Notes: a model not told the origin generated them from the letters alone. Positions 12,990 through 26,551 are shown, counted from the first letter of the stretch. The stretch: DNA of 64,000 nt from Chrysomallon squamiferum (GCA_012295275.1 CM022671.1:434001-498000); one strand, 5' to 3'. Numbers and translations: made by a program.

Positions 12990-15415
12990 GAGGAGGTGTC
13001 TTTTGCAGATTTGGGTTTATGTCTTAACATTGTCCTAAATTACATTTTGTCCTACTGTGCATTTTTGGATTGGAAGCCTTATGTCCGTATTCCGAAAATA
13101 AAACGTTTATTTTTCTACAAACGACTGCGACAAATAACGTACGTAAATAGGCTGCTTGCATACATAATATATACGTACAGATAGTTAACGAATAATATTA
13201 ACAGGCGTGTTGGAAAATCCCAGTCGCTATTTTTTGATCCATGAAATGAGCATGCGCTAAAATAAATTTCTACACGAAAAATAAGGAAGTGAGTCACTTT
13301 CAGAGAAATTATATTTTTACTTTCGAAATGTTGTTATGACGAAAAATAAAACTTTAGCTTACTGAATGACTGAGTAAGTCTCGGACTGCGGCTGACGTAA
13401 AGTAACAGTTACAAAATAAGGTAAGAAAATCGTTCCAAAGATCTTGTCTGCAGGTTCAGTGATAGCTAGTTTGTGCAACTCTCACTTTTACTGGGTCGCC
13501 ATTGTTGTAGTACACGTAACTTTCAACACTAGTTTCTTTTCAAAAACTAAAATTAATTAACAAATACAGAAATATGATTGTTCCTAGTGCAGCAGCAATA
13601 CCCTTCAAATTTCTTCATTTTAGTTATTCCGATCATAATCATTATGATAATTACATTCCATAATGGATTTTATTTTTATTTTGTTTATTTATTTATTGTT
13701 AATGAACGTTTTTAATTTTTTTTTCTTCATATTTACTTTTATTTTTAAAATTTTCATTTCCATTTTTAATTTATTACTTTTTACTGTTACTATTATTTTC
13801 CAAATAATGTACTATCACTTTACGGTCCAAGTTTTTCATTTATACGTTAGTGGCATAGACAGCACATGTAGATTAATATTACAAAAGTATTTAGTAGGCT
13901 ATGTTGCAGTTAGGGGCTTAGCAGAAATCTCGAATGCAGCCCCCGAGGTCAAAATGCACAGGCGAATAAAGCCCCTCAGTGGATTTGCAAGGCAGGACCA
14001 AAACCTCCGCAGTGAAAAACAATAGTACAGTCTGTGAAGTTCGCCGTTTTGAAAATTAATATTATTTTGTAAAATAATATCAAACACTGCCGAAAACTTC
14101 AGACGTCACTGGATTTTATGACTTCAAAATAATTTCCTATTTTCTAAGATATGTTATTTCACGTAGTGTCTCATTATGATGGCTATTTTTAGGTCGACGA
14201 AATGAGCATGCGCTACAACAAATCTTTTACGAAAAATAATAAAGATCTGTTTTCGGTATTTCCAGATGACGTAGCTTATTTTCATGGAAATTATATTTTT
14301 ACTTTCTAAATGTTGTTATGACGAAAAATAAAACTTTAGCTTACTGAATGACTGAGTAAGTCTCGGACTGCGGCTGACGTAAAGTAACAGTTACAAAATA
14401 AGGTAAGAAAATCGTTCCAAAGATCTTGTCTGCAGGTTCAGTGATAGCTAGTTTGTGCAACTCTCACTTTTACTGGGTCGCCATTGTTGTAGTACACGTA
14501 ACTGTCAACACTAGTTTCTTTTCAAAAACTAAAATTAATTAACAAATACAGAAATATGATTGTTCCTAAAGTCCAGTCCTTCATGTTAGATTTTTCAGTC
14601 ATAATCGTTATATTCCATAATGGATTTAAATTTATTTAATTTTTTTTATTATTATTATTATTGTTGTTTTTTGTTGTTGTTGTTGCTGTGTTTTTGTGTT
14701 TTTTTTTTTTTTTTTTGGTGATACTGTTTTTCTTTTTGCTGTTTTTAGGGTTTTTTTATGTTTTTTTATTTAACTTTTTTTTTTCTCATTATTTACTTTT
14801 ATTTTTTAAATTTTCATTTCCATTTTTGTTTTATTACTTTTTACTATTACTATTATTTTCCAAATGATGTACTATCACTTTGGGGTCCAAAATTAATGTA
14901 TGTATATATGTATGTATGTATCTATGTGTCTACAGATAATGTTAATAATATTGTTGGAGAATTCCAGTGGCTATTTTTAGATCGACGAAATGAGCATGCG
15001 ATATAATAATTGTTTTCACGAAAAATAATAAAGCTCTATTTTCGATATTTCTAGATGACGTAATTATATTTTACTTTTCAAACGTTGCTATGGCAAAAAA
15101 AATACATTTTTTACTTCCTAAGTGATTTAGTAACTCTCGATTATAACAGTTACAAAATAAGATAAGAAAAAAATTGTTCCAAACATCTGCAGGATGAGTG
15201 ATAGCCATTGTTGTGTATATATAATTTTCAAACTAGTTTCTTTTCAAAAATTAAAAGATATAATTAACAAATAGAGAAAAACTATTGTTCCTGGTGCAGC
15301 AGTCCTACTTTTTGATTTTTTCATTTTACTTATTTCGATCATAATCATCATGAGTTATGACATTCCATAAGGTATTTTATTTTCATTTCATTTCATATTA
15401 TTTTATTTTTGTTTT

Positions 15416-15481
<66 letters not shown>

Positions 15482-17130
15482 GAGGAGGTGTCTTTTTGCA
15501 GATTTGGGTTTATGTCTTAACATTGTCCTAAATTACATTTTGTCCTACTGTGCATTTTGGATTGGAAGCCTTATGTCCGTATTCCGAAAATAAAACGTTT
15601 ATTTTTCTACAAACGACTGCGACAAATAACGTACGTAAATATAGCTGCTTGCATACATAATATATACGTACAGATAGTTAACGAATAATATTAACAGGCG
15701 TGTTGGAAAATCCCAGTCGCTATTTTTTGATCCATGAAATGAGCATGCGCTAAAATAAATTTCTACACGAAAAATAAGGAAGTGAGTCACTTTCAGAGAA
15801 ATTATATTTTTACTTTCGAAATGTTGTTATGACGAAAAATAAAACTTTAGCTTACTGAATGACTGAGTAAGTCTCGGACTGCGGCTGACGTAAAGTAACA
15901 GTTACAAAATAAGGTAAGAAAATCGTTCCAAAGATCTTGTCTGCAGGTTCAGTGATAGCTAGTTTGTGCAACTCTCACTTTTACTGGGTCGCCATTGTTG
16001 TAGTACACGTAACTTTCAACACTAGTTTCTTTTCAAAAACTAAAATTAATTAACAAATACAGAAATATGATTGTTCCTAGTGCAGCAGCAATACCCTTCA
16101 AATTTCTTCATTTTAGTTATTCCGATCATAATCATTATGATAATTACATTCCATAATGGATTTTATTTTTATTTTGTTTATTTATTTATTGTTAATGAAC
16201 GTTTTTAATTTTTTTTTTCTTCATATTTACTTTTATTTTTAAAATTTTCATTTCCATTTTTAATTTATTACTTTTTACTGTTACTATTATTTTCCAAATA
16301 ATGTACTATCACTTTACGGTCCAAGTTTTTCATTTATACGTTAGTGGCATAGTCAGCACATGTAGATTAATATTACAAAAGTATTTAGTAGGCTATGTTG
16401 CAGTTAGGGGCTTAGCAGAAATCTCGAATGCAGCCCCCGAGGTCAAAATGCACAGGCGAATAAAGCCCCTCAGTGGATTTGCAAGGCAGGACCAAAACCT
16501 CCGCAGTGAAAAACAATAGTACAGTCTGTGAAGTTCGCCGTTTTGAAAATTAATATTATTTTGTAAAATAATATCAAACACTGCCGAAAACTTCAGACGT
16601 CACTGGATTTTATGACTTCAAAATAATTTCCTATTTTCTAAGATATGTTATTTCACGTAGTGTCTCATTATGATGGCTATTTTTAGGTCGACGAAATGAG
16701 CATGCGCTACAACAAATCTTTTACGAAAAATAATAAAGATCTGTTTTCGGTATTTCCAGATGACGTAGCTTATTTTCATGGAAATTATATTTTTACTTTC
16801 GAAATGTTGTTATGACGAAAAATAAAACTTTAGCTTACTAAATGATTGAGTAAGTCTCGGACTGCGGCTGACGTAAAGTAACAGTTACAAAATAAGGTAA
16901 GAAAATCGTTCCAAAGATCTTGTCTGCAGGTTCAGTGATAGCTAGTTTGTGCAACTCTCACTTTTACTGGGTCGCCATTGTTGTAGTACACATAACTTTC
17001 AACACTAGTTTCTTTTCAAAAACTAAAATTAATTAACAAATACAGAAATATGATTGTTGTTACCCTTCGAATTTCTTAATTTTAGTTATTTCAATTATAA
17101 TCTTTATGAGTAATGACATTCCATAATGGA
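9160..17130 (+). repeat. Higher-order tandem array: ~3.2 copies of a ~2.5-kb unit, each containing three variants of a ~380-bp module
   Basis: Anchor GATCTGTTTTCGG recurs at 9252, 11757, 14244, 16738 (periods 2505, 2487, 2494). Near-identical spurious ORFs recur at 10509/12996 and 11176/13663. The module core (...GAGCATGCGC...AGTTTCTTTTCAAAA) occurs 10 times; the internal GGACTGCGGCTGACGTAAAG segment is intact in 7 of them. Confidence 0.95.
16670..17050 (+). promoter_or_regulatory. Proximal copy of putative promoter + 5' non-coding exon module of helicase-RBR gene A
   Basis: The same module is present once at the homologous position upstream of gene B (27920-28290). Candidate donor AAG|GTAAGA (GT at 16897), GAS-like TTCATGGAA, CRE-like TGACGTA, ISRE-like AGTTTCTTTTC. 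Acceptor at 17831 lies 154 nt before the ATG. Confidence 0.55.
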
Positions 17131-17189
17131 TTATATTTTTATTTTACTTTTTATTATTTTTTATTTTTATTTATTTATCTTTAATTTTA

Positions 17190-17240
<51 letters not shown>

Positions 17241-17726
17241 AGTATTATTATTATTCATTTATTGTTTCCTACGTAGGAGAATTCACCAACAATTATTACT
17301 ACTTCTACCAATGCAGCTGCTGCTACTGTTATAATGCTACTACAATTTATTATTATTATTAACTGTTGATATCATCATCACCATCGTCGTCATCATTATC
17401 ATCTGTAATGGTGATAAACAGACTTTACAAATTCCAATTTGTTTGAAAATGACACATAATACCTGCCTCGATCTAGCCAGAATAGTTAATAATGTATTGT
17501 GAATGTGTAAATTTCTGTTCATCAGACTTATAACTACATGAACCATCAGAGTTGGGATTGATTAAAAACTTACAAATATGATTACCTTTCTGTGAATATT
17601 TCTCTAATCGTTTTTCTTTGTGTGTGATAGGGCATTCCTGTTTTCTTGTTTTTTGTTCTTTTTTCTTACGAGTAGTATATACTGATTATACATAAATGGA
17701 TATTTTAATTATTTTATTAATATTAA

Positions 17727-17784
<58 letters not shown>

Positions 17785-17985
17785 TAGTTATTTATTTGTA
17801 ATTTTTATTTATTATTTCGTTTTTTTTCTAGGTCTAACAGAGACAGAATATCATCCATTATTGATGTGAACTCTGTATACCTGAATCACAGGAATCTTTC
17901 TGTTCTAAATAACAATATACTTAACAGACTGAGTGAAACAGCAGAAAAACAGAAAAACAGGAGGGTAAACTTAGAGTAAAACAAA

Positions 17986-20900
17986 ATGGCAGACATAACA
18001 AATTCCTCACGTAACAGTACATCCATCACAGAATTCTCTTTCCTGTCCCATAATTCAAATCAGGAGCATCCAGGATCTATAAAAACAAACACTGAAAATG
18101 CTGAACACCCAAACAGAGGAAGACAGAAAAGTCGAAAACCAAAGGAGAAAAATAAAGAGTCTTTAGCTACCTTTTCTTCAATGAAAACGAAAAAGAAAAG
18201 TAAAACTACTTGTCTTTACCTGCGAATAGATCTGAGTATCGGTGAGAATTTTAATCTGTATGACTTCCTTCTTGAGCGAATGGAGAAACCAACAAATGTC
18301 AAATTCAAAATTTTGAAAAGAACAAAAACACGAAATGGGACTTTAGTAACTTTAGAGTTTGGAAGCAAACGACTTGCACGGGCGGTACACGAGAATTTAA
18401 AACTGAGTAACAGAAAAAGCCAAATACAAATAGATTCTTCACTTGATCAGAATAAAGTTGACAGTTCTGTAACAGCAGAAAAAGATCAGGAAGTCTTCCA
18501 AAAACACCTACAAGCTATTGACACACGTGCTCAGATGTCTTTGAAAAATCATGATCTCAAGATTATAGAAACACAAGACGATATTGAAAACCTTCAAAAA
18601 AAACAAATTAGTGTGTCTGGTGAGCACAGGAAAAGTATATCATCACAAATCCATGCTCTACAAGACAAACTGCAGGAACTGAAAGACCAGCGGAAGGAAT
18701 ATCAGAACTTCCTGAAAAGCCTGACTGAGAAATTAAAGCAGTGTTGGGAAGACAATACTTTTAACAAAAAAGTTAAAGATATAGGTAAGCTGTTTGGAGT
18801 GGAGTGCTGCAAACTCGAGTCTGCCTTGCCAATGTATGCAAAACGAAGCGATATTGTTGAAGTGGTGATGAATAATAAAGCATGTGTCATCTTGGGTGAA
18901 ACTGGATCCGGGAAAAGTACGCAGATGGCACAGTATCTACATCAGGTTGGATTTGCTGAAAATGGGATGATTGTTTGCACCCAACCACGAAAGGTGGCTG
19001 CTATTAGCCTGGCGAGAAGAGTGGCGACAGAAATGGCTACAAATGTTGGACAGCTTGTTGGCTACAGAGTTGGCATGAAAACCAAAGTATCTGCAGTTAC
19101 AAAGATACTATACACCACTGATCATGCATTTCTGAATGAGTGCCTCACTGACCGTTTATTATCCAAATATTCCTGCGTCATAATAGATGAAGCCCACGAA
19201 AGGAGTATCTACACAGACTTGCTTCTGGGAATGATCAAGCGATGTCTTCATGTCCGAAATGATTTGAAAGTGATCATCACATCAGCTACCATTGACCCTG
19301 ACATCTTTGTTCGTTTCTTTAATGGTTGCCCAGTCCTCAAAGTATCAGGAAGAATGTTCCCAGTTGAAGTAATATGGCAGCCTGTAAGTGACGATGAGGA
19401 TATCTTTGAGAAATACCAACAAGCTGCTGTAGAAAAAAAGCTGTTGAAATCCACAGAAGAAAGCCTGAAGGAGATATTTTAGTTTTCATGACGTCACCCT
19501 TGGAGACAGAAAAATGCTGTGAGGAGTTTAAAGAAAAGATGAAAGATTCGACTTCATTTCAGTGTCATGTGCTTCACGGCCAAGTGCAGGTAGAAGAACA
19601 GCAACTTATCTTCGAACCAACACCACCAAACAAGAGAAAAAATTGTCTTTGCCACGAACAGTGCTGAGACTTCAATAACAATACCAGGGATTAAATATGT
19701 TGTTGACACAGGTCTCGCAAAGGAGAAAAAATACGATCCTAAAAGAAATATGAGTTCTCTTAATGTTGTTATGATCAGCCGTAGTTCTGCTGAACAGAGG
19801 AAAGGGCGAGCTGGGAGAACTGGTCCTGGTACCTGTTACAGACTCTACAGCAAACAACAGTTTGACAAGATGGACGCTTCGTTTTTGCCAGAAATCCTTA
19901 AAGTTCATCTTGGTCAAGCTATGCTGAAACTCTACGAACTGGGAATCAATCCTCAGGAATATGATTTTGTTGAAAGTCCAGGAAAAGCTGCAATTGAAGG
20001 AGCTGTTAAAACGCTTGAAGATATTGGTGCCATAAAGAATGATCAGATTACAGATACTGGACAATGGTTGGCTAAACTTCCAATTGAACCGAGAACTGCA
20101 TCGATAATAGCAAGAGGGAAAGAGAAAGATGTTCTCTATGAATCTGTTGTTCTGGCAGCAGTGACAAGTATTGGAAGTTATATTTTCTTCAGAGGTTCAT
20201 CTGAAGAAGACAAGAAAAAATCCGATTCACAGAAAATGAAATTTTGTCATTACGGAGGAGATAGCTTGTCACTTCTGAATGTTTTTAGAGAGTGGAATGA
20301 TCAGCCTGAAAAGATGAAAAACCAGTGGTGTTTTGAAAATGCTATTAATGCGAAAGCTATGCGTAATGCCAGAGACGTTGTAAATGAAATATGTACGGTA
20401 CTGAAAAAAGAACTTGATATTGTTGTCAAACGATCATTTGCAGACTCATCAGTGACAGATAAAATACTTCAGCACATTCTCTTTGAGTGCTTTTCATCCA
20501 ACATTTGTCTTTTCCTGGGACGTGAGAAAGCTGGTTATTACGCAGCAAGACTTGACCAGCAGGTTCACATTCATCCATCTTCAGTTCTGAATTCGCTCGG
20601 TGTAGTTCCACAATGGATGGTGTTTGAACAGGTGCTGAAAACGTCCAGAGATTTTGTCATCGGCCTGACGCCTTTAGAAGACGCTGCTGTTGACGAGGCT
20701 GCTAGAAACGGCATTCTTCATTATGACATCGACACCATGAAAACAAGAAGGGTTTATTTGGTGCATACAGAAAGTGTTGGGTCAACTGCATTTTGGCGTA
20801 TTATTGGTAGAAAATTCTGCAATCTCAAAGTTTTACAAGAAAATGTTTGCAAAATGATGACACCATCGTTTGCACTCCTCGAAGAGGACATAGAAAAAGG

Positions 20901-23173
20901 TGAATTCAGATTTTATGCAGAAAGAACAAATACAAAACAACTAGCTGAGGTCTTAAAACAAGAGATTTCTGTCGTTCAAGATGAATTAAAAAAAGAAGAT
21001 TTGGAATATTCTCTTTCTGAACAGAATCTGTCTGTGAAAATCATTATTGGACAAGGTGGTGAAGTCAAAGAGGTACTGATGCCTAATGACTACAGAAAGA
21101 TATTCATTGAAAAGCCAGATATATTTACTAATGAAGATACGGTCATGAAAAAGTTTGGCACGTATGGAGAGATAAAAGAGTGCAAGATGTATGATAACAG
21201 AAGAAATTTGAGATGGGGCTGGCTGAAATTTCAAAAGACCGAGTATGCCAGGCGTGCTGTTGATGCTACTCAAAATGATGACCATGAAGTGGCCATTGCA
21301 GAAACCAGTGGACAAGGATCACACAATTCATCCTTTAAAGTGAAAATAACATGGTGTCGACGGAAGTCAAAAGAGCATGCTTTTGTCAGTGTAGCTGCTG
21401 AGGAGCTGCCAAGGATTTTGTCACAGCATCATTTGTTCATAAATGGAAGAGCAGTAACAATAAATGTAGATAAAAAGACAGGGTTATCTTTGTACCTCAA
21501 CAAGCTGTCTCCTGAAACCACTGAAAATGATATCAATGGAGCCATTTTACATGCAATTGGTGAGGAAACTAATGAAAACATTATCGAGAAGACCACTGTT
21601 GTTCGAGAAAGAGTTGAAACAACACCTCACATGTTAAATGAATTCAGAAGACAGATAGAGGCTGCACTTAGAAAATATGCCCCATCAGGGCAGTTTAAAG
21701 TTGAGGTTATTGAACCGAGACCACAAGCAGTAAGATATTTGGCATTTGCTTATTTTCATGATCCAGATGAAGGTCAAAGAGCCTGCACAATGTTATCTGG
21801 AAATTTCAGTTTATGCTCTACATCAGTTTTGATGGAGCCAGATATTTCAATGCGGATTTTTGTACCAGCCGATGTGATGAAAGTTCTAGAAGAAGACTTG
21901 AAGGCTTCATCTGATTATATTAATAAAATGGAAAATGAAACAAAGGTGTATATAAGACAACTATCGAAAGACAATTTCGCAACAGATATAAAGTCATCTG
22001 ATGCAGTTCAAATGGCAAGGGTGTGCAGAGTTATTCAGGATATACTAAAAGGTGATGTGCTAGAATGTGCAACTAGACCAGATTTAAAATATGTGTTTAC
22101 AAAGACTGGAAAAGAGTTTCTAGCAAGTCTTCAGAACAAAATGCCTTGTGTAATTGTAGCTGACAATCGTACAATGACTATTTCAGTTAAAGGAAAAACC
22201 GAAGTACGTAGTCAGGTCTTTATTGCTATTAACAACTTTCTAGATACAATTGCTGCAGAAGGATTCAAAGAATTTTTTCTTAGAGGACCTGAGAGACCTG
22301 GAGGAGTAATGAAAAAACTAACAGACCGATACGGAACTGACTTGGAGATGCTGAAAAAGGAAGTAGGATTATCATTTGTTCATCTTGACCATCGCAGACA
22401 CAGAGTTGAAGTAAGTGGGTCTGCTGAAGCTGTGAAGAAAGTGCAGACTATAGTAGATTCAGTTATCACAGAATTAACGAAAGTTAAAACAGTGAAACCA
22501 GAGACAGAAGACAAGCGTCCAGACTGCGTCGTCTGCTTTACGTCCATTGATAAGGGTGAGCTGTATCGATTAGAAGTCTGTGGTCATCCGTACTGCACTG
22601 ACTGCATCCTCCAGCAAATCCATTCGGCTTTGGGTCACAAAGAGTTTCCTTTACAGTGTGCCGAAGAACATTGCCAAATGTATTTCATGTTGAAAGATCT
22701 GCAACACTTTATAAAGAAAGGTTCATTGTCCTTGAACAGGCTTGTTGAATCCTCGGTTTCTGATTTTGTAGCAAAACACCAGACTGAGTATCGGTACTGC
22801 CTCTCTCCTGACTGTCCTGTAGTATACAGGGTCACTTGTGAAGGTTCTCTTTTCCAGTGCTGCAGATGCCAGATGAGAATTTGTACTTCGTGTCACATTC
22901 AGTATCATGAAGGCCTTACCTGCTCCATGTACAGGTCTGAGAAAGATGGGGGTACAGCTTTGTTCGAGAAATGGATGAAGAACAACAAGAACACAAAACT
23001 CTGTCCTAACTGTCAAACTCCAATAGAGAAAACTGAAGGTTGTAATAGAATGCAGTGTTCTGCTTGTAAGAAATTCTTCTGTTGGTTATGTAGAGAACAG
23101 TTTGATTCATCAGCAGATTGTTATGCCCATCTTGATGCTAAACACGGTGGTTGTTTTTGATGTACCAGATTGA
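17986..23173 (+). CDS. DEAH-box RNA helicase-RRM/KH-RBR E3 ubiquitin ligase fusion, copy A (plant DEAH11/12-like architecture; ~1727 aa when corrected; frameshifted as assembled)
   Basis: ORFs 17986-19482 and 19750-23160 join. Motifs GETGSGKS (I), TQPRKVAA (Ia), DEAH (II), SAT (III), GDILVF (IV), TNSAETSITIPG (V), QRKGRAGR (VI), HA2/OB region (VHIHPSSVL), RRM (KIFIEK...FGTYGEI...WGWLKF), RING1 (CVVC..CGHPYCTDC..C), IBR (CLSPDC..CCRC..CTSC..H), RING2 (CPNC..EGCNRMQCSAC..FCWLC). Relative to copy B: +2 A at 19433-19439, +1 A at 19637-19642, +1 T at 23154-23158. No introns in the CDS. Confidence 0.9.
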
Positions 23174-23582
23174 CAGTACAATGCTGTGGTTTTGTTCATG
23201 CTAAACAAGCAGCAGATCACTGAAAATGACATTTCAATTATTCCTGAAACTGAGTATGTGGGTTTTTTTTTTATACCCTTTTTTTTATTCTCTTTTGTTG
23301 GTTTTGTTTTTTTGTGGGTTTTTTTTATGGGGGTTAGTTCTGCTATTTTGGGGTTGCTGCCTGTTTTGTGTTTTCTTTTTTTTTTTTTTTTTTTTTTTCG
23401 TGGGTTTTGGTTTTGGTGTTTGTTTTAGGTTTTGTTTCAAAATGAATTTTTTTTTATCTTTCTCTTTCAAATTTAAATTTTTTGTTTCAAAATGAATTTT
23501 TTATCTTTATCTTTCAAAATAGTTTTGTATTCCTTATTTTTTATTTTTTTTTTTTTTTTCATTATTATAAAACGGATAGCCG

Positions 23583-23588
23583 AATAAA
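23583..23588 (+). terminator. Candidate polyadenylation signal of helicase-RBR copy A
   Basis: AATAAA followed by a GT/T-rich tract; context conserved in copy B at ~35069. Confidence 0.4.
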
Positions 23589-23696
23589 TAATTATATTTA
23601 AACTGTTTTGAGTTTTGAGGAAGGTGATTTAAATGTTCTAGATCAATAATTTTATTTCTGTATTTCCTTTAATACACGTTTGTACGTGTGTGTATC

Positions 23697-23729
<33 letters not shown>

Positions 23730-24374
23730 GATTTAATGAAATTTATTACTGCTGTACATAAAGATTATTTTGAAAACAAAGATTAGTATAGTGTGTAAGT
23801 TTATATTCTGTTTCTTTCTTTATTTTTGTTCTTTATTTCTCTTATATATATGTGTGTGTATGTATGTATTATGTAATACGAATTTCAAAAATTACTTTAA
23901 TGTGTAAAATCATTATCATTATTATAAAAAAAAAAATAATAATAATAATTAGAATTTGCATGCCTTTCCAGAATTTATCTTTGTTTCTTTACACCAAATT
24001 AATATTTTTATTTACTAATGGTATTAGTAATAGCAGTGCTATCTTTTCTTATTATTATAAACCTTTTATTAATCCACTTTAACAGTTCTAATACTAATTA
24101 TTAGCGATTGCAGATTTAAATATCAACAATGATTAACATTTGATCTCTCCATATTTACCTGTGAACAAATATATTGATTTTACCAAATTATTTTTGTTGT
24201 CGTTGTTGTTATTTTTGTTTATAATTGATTTTTCGTTTTCATTTATTTTCCCATTTTGATATTTTTAAGGAAAACGTTGCCAATGATTTACCTATTTATA
24301 AGATAATTCACAAATAACACAAAATGTTTATATGAAAAATCAAAATTGTCCTCCCTAAACACACCGAGAGAGAG

Positions 24375-24456
<82 letters not shown>

Positions 24457-25287
24457 CTTGTTATATTTATTAGCTCTAAAGGAGTTTCAGTGGAGAATTA
24501 TGGTAATGTAACTGTTGTAACTCTAACCATGTTCTGTTTATTGTTGAATGAGTTATCTCCCTTCAAGGTTTTTTCTCTTATTTATTTAAAAACTGATTTT
24601 GTGTCTGAGTAATAACACGTATTTAATCTGAAGAAAACTCCTAAAACAGCAAATAAACACAAGCATTACTCTTCAAAAATCGTGGTGGGGGGAGAATTGG
24701 GAATGAAAAAGAGTTTAGGGAATTTGCAGTTTATCCCAGAATAATTAAATAAAAAATCCGATCTACTTGTATATTTTTTCATCAACTTTTAAATGTATAA
24801 ATTTATGAATGATTATTACAATTTTAAGACAAAACTAGGTTTTATTATAAAATTATTGTTCAGTTTTTACATTTTTAATTTTCTACACCAAATGTTTGTT
24901 TAGACTGACAGAACTATGTATACACATGAACATATATCTGTATATATATATATTATACAGTATTATATACAGTATTATTTACTTTTCATTGTTAATTTTA
25001 CAAATATTAAGAAAACAATAATCTCAACAAAACAATGCTGTCGCTATATGTTTGTCTTTTGCAGGATTAGATACAGAGAAAGAAATTAGTGAAGAGATTA
25101 CAATAAAATCCAAATCTGGAGGTTTTGTTTTATTTTCACCTCCAGCTTTGTCTCTTTAAATAACTAGTAAAGAACAACTTTAATTATATATTAATTCGGA
25201 AATAATTATTTCTGGAATTATTAATCAACACGAAGGTTAAATATTCACACAAACACATATATGCATACACCCACACACTAACAGCAC

Positions 25288-25350
<63 letters not shown>

Positions 25351-25520
25351 CAATCATAGCGATAACATGCTTTCACAGATACGTACAGACACATATACAG
25401 ACCTACGTACATACTTATGAAAAACCGCACGCATATATACATACATACATTCATAAATGTATTCATGCATACACACACACACACATGTTGTTTTTTTTTT
25501 TTTTTTTTTTTTTTTTTCAC

Positions 25521-26076
25521 CTGCTGTGAGTCCATACAGAACTGAGATAACGAAGCCAGATCGAGGCTGTGTAGTGTTAGATAAAAACTCAATACGAAGA
25601 TGAGTGTAAAGTCTCGAGTGATTTTCACGAATAATTATAGGAGGGTACTTCGGGTCGCTGAAATGAATGAATAAATAAGTGAATGAATGAATGAATGAAT
25701 GATAAATGAATATTTTGTTCAGCCATTAAGAAACTGACCAAAATGTTTTATAAAGAGACAACTCATTTTGAACTTCGAAATGATTACCAATAATGTGAAC
25801 GTGAATTAGCTTAAAAGCAACAACTACTACATAAACAGCAGTAACAAAAACTATAATAATTAATAATGATGATGATGATGACGATGTTAATTCATTAATT
25901 AATTAATAATATAATAAACAAGTACTACAACAGCAGCAGTAACAACAACGATAATAGTGAATAATGATAACGATGATTATGATCATGATGATGATAATGA
26001 ATTCATTAATTAATATAATATAGCAGTAGTAACTGTTACTGTTGTAGTAATACAAGTAGTAATACAGCAGTAATAC

Positions 26077-26116
<40 letters not shown>

Positions 26117-26465
26117 AATAATAATAATTCAAGAACAAGAACAGCAATAAAATAGTAGTAGTAATTCAAGCAATGATATTAATAATACTAATTAATTATT
26201 CATTTATTCACACACACATTACTCGTTCATTCATGCATTCGTTTTGTTTCTCACCTTCCCGTAAAAACTGTGATGTGGTCCGTGGCTGGGTTCAAGTCGA
26301 CGTATTTGAAGTGAAGTCCCCAGAATCCTCTTTGTTTCGTCCATACCCACGTAAAGTTGCAAACTTCAGGGTATTTGTCAGGGTAGCCAGGCGAGTAGAT
26401 TATCTTTGGCTCTGTGAAATACTCTGTGTTTGTAGCTTTCAGTGACTTGCTGTCAGGCAGTAGTC
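25521..26465 (-). pseudogene. Partial duplicate of CUB-TM gene (exons 2 and 3 only)
   Basis: 26465-26255 matches 6489-6279 (few substitutions, frame open). 25657-25521 matches 5855-5710 with an in-frame 9-nt deletion. Splice sites are intact. No copy of the signal-peptide, stalk or TM exon was seen nearby. Confidence 0.8.
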
Positions 26466-26480
26466 CTGTGTTATCAAAAT

Positions 26481-26523
<43 letters not shown>

Positions 26524-26551
26524 GTGGTGGTAGTAGTACTAGTAGTAGTAA

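Noticed and set aside
9160-17130. CRISPR-like or coding interpretation of the array (recurrent 60-120 aa ORFs)
   Set aside because: Eukaryotic context, the sequences between modules are themselves repeated (no unique spacers), no cas genes; the ORFs are low-complexity and disrupted in the third unit.
19433-19642. Programmed ribosomal frameshifting in copy A
   Set aside because: Two separate shifts would be needed, the sites are absent from copy B, and no stimulatory structure is evident; sequencing error or mutation is simpler.
18702-23016. Antisense ORFs inside the helicase-RBR CDSs (and their twins in copy B)
   Set aside because: Short shadows of the sense ORF, repeated only because the gene is duplicated.
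17986-23160. Viral or transposon origin of the long intronless helicase ORF
   Set aside because: No RT, integrase, RdRp, capsid, LTR or TIR seen; HA2/OB and RBR domains are cellular; it has a spliced 5' UTR acceptor.
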